This document shows positions 15,923 to 19,014 of a stretch of DNA of 19,014 nt, piece after piece; within the stretch, counting starts at the first letter, position 1, and each line of letters opens with the position of its first letter. The notes below the pieces were generated by a model that was not told the DNA's origin, did not search any database, and saw only the letters and a program-made list of their open reading frames with translations. The stretch comes from Candidatus Poribacteria bacterium (GTDB lineage Bacteria; Poribacteria; WGA-4E; UBA9662), in NCBI GenBank assembly GCA_046582655.1, contig JAYGDX010000008.1:1-19014 (forward strand). Direction: 5' to 3'. The position numbers and the translations under genes were made by a program.

Positions 15923-17053
15923 TGCTGATTTTAATCCTATAAAGAGATTGCCCATCGTAAAGCTAATTTTCTGCTGAGCTCATTCTCCGTAATAATTGCT
16001 GTCGCTATGTTCGTATCCTTTTTCACGATAGGAGAAGCCTCTAAGCGTGAAACGAACCGTCTAATGCGTGAAATCGGGTTCAACCTGCGGATCATACCAA
16101 AAGATACGGATATGACGACCTTCTGGACTGTGGGTTTCTCTCAGAAAACTATGCCCCATGAATACATTAATCACATTAGTGATCATCCGGGCATCTCGTA
16201 CGAACATTTAACAGCTACATTACAGCGACGGGTTTGATGGAAAGGAATCGATCTAATTCTGACCGGGTTTTCCTCATCAATCACCGGGAAAAAACAACCG
16301 ATGGTATACGAAATTGAGTCAGGGAAAGTCCATGTCGGCTATGAAATTGCAAAAAAATTAAACCTCAAACGCGGTCAGGAAATCAAAATTTTAGGACATG
16401 AATTCCTGATCGAAAGATGTTTACCCGAAAGCGGCAGTACCGATGACATCCGGGTGCAGATGCTATTGAGTGACACTCAGAAGGTTCTTGGGTTACAAGG
16501 AAAAATCAATGAAATCCGTGCTATCGATTGTCTATGCCTAGAACAGAGTGACGATGCTATTGGAATGCTCCGGTCGGAGTTGGAACGCATACTCCCTACA
16601 GCCAAAGTCACCCAAGTAAAAGCTGTTGCCAAAGCACGCAACGATCAGCGAAAAATGGCCAACAAATATTTTGTTTTTATCATACCTATCGTGGTTATCG
16701 GTTGTGTAGTATGGATGGGGATAATGATGATCATAAACGTAAGAGATCGGAGTACAGAAATCGGGGTGATGCGTGCACTTGGTTATGGTGCAGTCAAGAT
16801 CTCGTCACTTTTTCTGGGGAAATCGGTTATCATTGGTTTAATCGGGGCGCTATTCGGCTTTCTGTCAGGCACAGGTTTAGCTTTGCAAATTGGGCCTGAG
16901 ATATTTAAACTAACGGCTAATCAAATTCACCCAATGTTTAACCTGCTTGCCTGGTCAATACTAATCGCTCCTGTTTTTTCTGCTTTCTCCAGTTTCATTC
17001 CGACCATGATCGCAGTAGCCATTGATCCAGCTATTTCTCTACGACAAAACTAA
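15922..17053 (+). pseudogene. FtsX/MacB/LolE-type ABC permease, disrupted by a 1-nt insertion and an in-frame stop
   Basis: ATG 15922 is coupled to the previous TGA. MLILIL is followed by an extra T (~15940), after which KEIAHRKANFLL continues in the frame of ORF 16007. In-frame TGA 16235-16237 (QRRV*WKGIDLILTG) is continuous with ORF 16301. The C-terminus has NVRDRSTEIGVMRALG...IDPAISLR. Confidence 0.85.
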
Positions 17054-17086
17054 TTCCAAAATTTATGATTCTATTCCAACATAGAT

Positions 17087-18070
17087 CTAGGAATCTTTCA
17101 TCGGCAAACCGACCTTGATCTTTTCTTTTGCCGAATGGTAACTTGCCAGTACAACTTCAACAGCATGTTTTCCTGCCCTGCCATCAACTATAGGTGTTTT
17201 CCCTTCACGAATACAGTCGACAAAGTGGGTTAGTTCGCCTACCACGCCATGAGGCGCTCCACGGTCAGGTACGATTTCCTTCCATTCCGACTGGTCAACT
17301 TTCTTGAGATAAGCGATGTCTGCTTGCATATCCAACCTGAGAGACCCCTCTGTTCCGTCGATAATAGTGTCATTAGTGCCTCTGGCACCCATAAAACTAC
17401 CCCATCTCAAAATGCCAACTGCTTCTGAATCGTATCGAACCAAGGTGACAGCATAATCTTCCCAATCATCATGCCCAGAATAACTGCCGACTTCGGCCGA
17501 AACGGTAATCGCTGTACCACCAAACCAATTGATAAGATCTGATTTATGTATTCCATTTTCCAAGAACCCACCGACTGATCCGTACCAACTTGATGGCCGA
17601 CTACGCGGACAGGCATACGATCCGGTATAATCGGTTTCAATATAAACGACATCCCCAATTTCTCCTTGACCGATTAATTTCTTTCCAAGAACATGCACTG
17701 GATAAAAACGCAAAACCTGGCCAACCATCAATACAGTGTTTGCTTCATCTGAGGCTCGGATCATGGCTTCAGAATCAACCAAATCGACTGAAAGCGGCTT
17801 TTCGCAAAAAGCGTGGACGTTCATCTTAGCAGCATTGACCACGACATCTCGATGCGCAACCGGCGGTGTCGCCACTACGACCCCATCGACCATTTCAAGC
17901 AGTTGGCGGTAGTCTTGAAATGCCAGGATCTGGTGCTGTGAAGCAACCTCTTCTGCCGCTTCAAGTCGCAGATCTGCTACCCCAACAAACTCACAATTTT
18001 CAACCTTAGGAAGCGTGTTACAGTGAGCACCCCCCATCCCTCCAACTCCAACAACTCCTACACGGACCAT
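17087..18070 (-). CDS. Gfo/Idh/MocA family NAD(P)-dependent oxidoreductase
   Basis: VGVVGVGGMG Rossmann motif, HAFCEKP, MVGQVLRF and ENGIHKSD, with an AAGGAG RBS upstream. Confidence 0.95.
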   Translation of the reverse strand: MVRVGVVGVGGMGGAHCNTLPKVENCEFVGVADLRLEAAEEVASQHQILAFQDYRQLLEMVDGVVVATPPVAHRDVVVNAAKMNVHAFCEKPLSVDLVDSEAMIRASDEANTVLMVGQVLRFYPVHVLGKKLIGQGEIGDVVYIETDYTGSYACPRSRPSSWYGSVGGFLENGIHKSDLINWFGGTAITVSAEVGSYSGHDDWEDYAVTLVRYDSEAVGILRWGSFMGARGTNDTIIDGTEGSLRLDMQADIAYLKKVDQSEWKEIVPDRGAPHGVVGELTHFVDCIREGKTPIVDGRAGKHAVEVVLASYHSAKEKIKVGLPMKDS

Positions 18071-18090
18071 AAGACGACTCCTTTACAAAT

Positions 18091-19014
18091 TTATTGACAT
18101 ACATGTACCTTGATTGCTCCAGATCTTTTGTCAGCAGAGATCTGAAAAGCTTCAGCAATTTCGGCTAATGGCAACCGATGTGTTACCAGTTTGGTGGCAT
18201 CCACCTTACCAGATTCGACTAAGTCGATGCTAGCTTGGAAATCCGTTTCCATGCCGCTGTAACCGTAGCAGTTAGATCCGGTAACAACAACTTCAGACCA
18301 AACGATTCGACTGAGTTCGACCTCCAGCGATTTGTAATACCCGGCCACAAGCACAACAGATCCTCGGGTGCGAACAATCGCTAAGGCATCGTTAAAATTT
18401 TGTCCCCCACCAACAGTTTCAATAGCAACGTCCATCCTGAAACCACCTGTTAGATCCATCACGTACTCTTTCAAATCGACTTTACTGATATCTACGATAT
18501 GATCAGCACCAAGCTCTTGGGCTAACTGATACTGTTGATCATACTTAACAGTAATCAAGGTTTCCTTGATACCAACAGCTTTGGCTACTGCTAAACAGAG
18601 CTGCCCGATTGTACCACCGCCAATAATTGCCAGACGATCCTGATATGATGCTCCAGACTGGGCTATCGCTCGGTAAGAAACAGCTAGCGGTTCGATTAAA
18701 GCACCTTCTTCAAAACTCATGGTATCCGGCAGTTTGAATAACCCTGAAGCGTGGGCAGTTGTATACTCGGCGAAACCACCGTGCATATTGTGAGAGATCC
18801 ATTTCCGTTCGAGACAAAAATTATAAAGACCTTTCTGGCAATAGGAGCATGAACCGCAATGAGAAAAACATTCAATGACAACCTTATCACCTACTTGGAA
18901 TTCTGTAATGCCTCCTCCAACCTCAGCGACAACACCGCAAGTTTCGTGGCCAGCCGCTAGTGTATCGGATTGCGGCCAGTTTCCAAAGTAACTATGGAGA
19001 TCGCTGCCACAAAT
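18091..19014 (-). CDS. Zn-dependent medium-chain alcohol dehydrogenase (threonine/sorbitol dehydrogenase-like), 5' end outside the window
   Basis: The frame is open to the window edge: ICGSDLH...GHETCG...CGSCSYCQKGLYNFC, then GGFAEY, IEPLAV and IIGGGTIG. The ORF-track start at 18786 is internal. Confidence 0.95.
   Translation of the reverse strand: MCGSDLHSYFGNWPQSDTLAAGHETCGVVAEVGGGITEFQVGDKVVIECFSHCGSCSYCQKGLYNFCLERKWISHNMHGGFAEYTTAHASGLFKLPDTMSFEEGALIEPLAVSYRAIAQSGASYQDRLAIIGGGTIGQLCLAVAKAVGIKETLITVKYDQQYQLAQELGADHIVDISKVDLKEYVMDLTGGFRMDVAIETVGGGQNFNDALAIVRTRGSVVLVAGYYKSLEVELSRIVWSEVVVTGSNCYGYSGMETDFQASIDLVESGKVDATKLVTHRLPLAEIAEAFQISADKRSGAIKVHVCQ

Noticed and set aside
16235..16280. In-frame TGA as selenocysteine or a reassigned codon (also TGA at a Trp position, 736-734)
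   Set aside because: TGA terminates many intact genes here (8474, 10250, 11074, 11718, 14697, 15922). Both affected genes have other lesions, the context is not a redox Cys motif, and the downstream pairing is not a convincing SECIS.
684..17829. Short alternative-frame and antisense ORFs in the track (e.g. 684..884, 1573..1779, 3565..3807, 7366..7746, 14122..14436, 17407..17658)
   Set aside because: They overlap well-supported genes or pseudogenes and show no recognisable motifs; treated as shadow ORFs.
1..19014. CRISPR array, rRNA or anti-phage Ubl/E1 system (CBASS/Bil-like)
   Set aside because: No spaced direct repeats or rRNA-like sequence. The E1 and beta-grasp genes lack E2, JAB or cyclase partners and sit with a mod transporter.

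Overview
Bacterial genomic window, probably from Candidatus Poribacteria or a related lineage. This is inferred from two LamG-type C-terminal tails of the form (A/S)VDxxxKLAxTWxxLK, a DUF6785-like membrane protein and the mix of carbohydrate enzymes. Positions 1-2750 are a decayed accessory region. They contain the end of a gene, a 124-bp MITE-like element, a multiply disrupted LamG pseudogene, a tyrosine integrase split from its N-terminal domain by a 1-nt frameshift, and a possible orphan gene tail. Positions 2865-8474 hold a VOC protein, a secreted glycosidase-like/beta-helix fusion, a polytopic membrane protein and a beta-propeller glycosidase-like protein. Positions 8681-17053 are a co-oriented cluster behind a near-consensus sigma70 promoter. 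The order is two-domain ModA, ModB, ModC, MoaD/ThiS-like protein, UxuA-like dehydratase, atypical HesA/MoeB-like E1, PHP metallohydrolase with no canonical start codon, a Cys-motif membrane-anchored protein and a disrupted FtsX/MacB-type permease. This cluster is the best candidate for an undescribed system. The window ends with a Gfo/Idh/MocA oxidoreductase and a partial Zn-dependent dehydrogenase on the minus strand. No rRNA, tRNA or CRISPR array was seen. Family assignments come from motif recognition only, not database searches.
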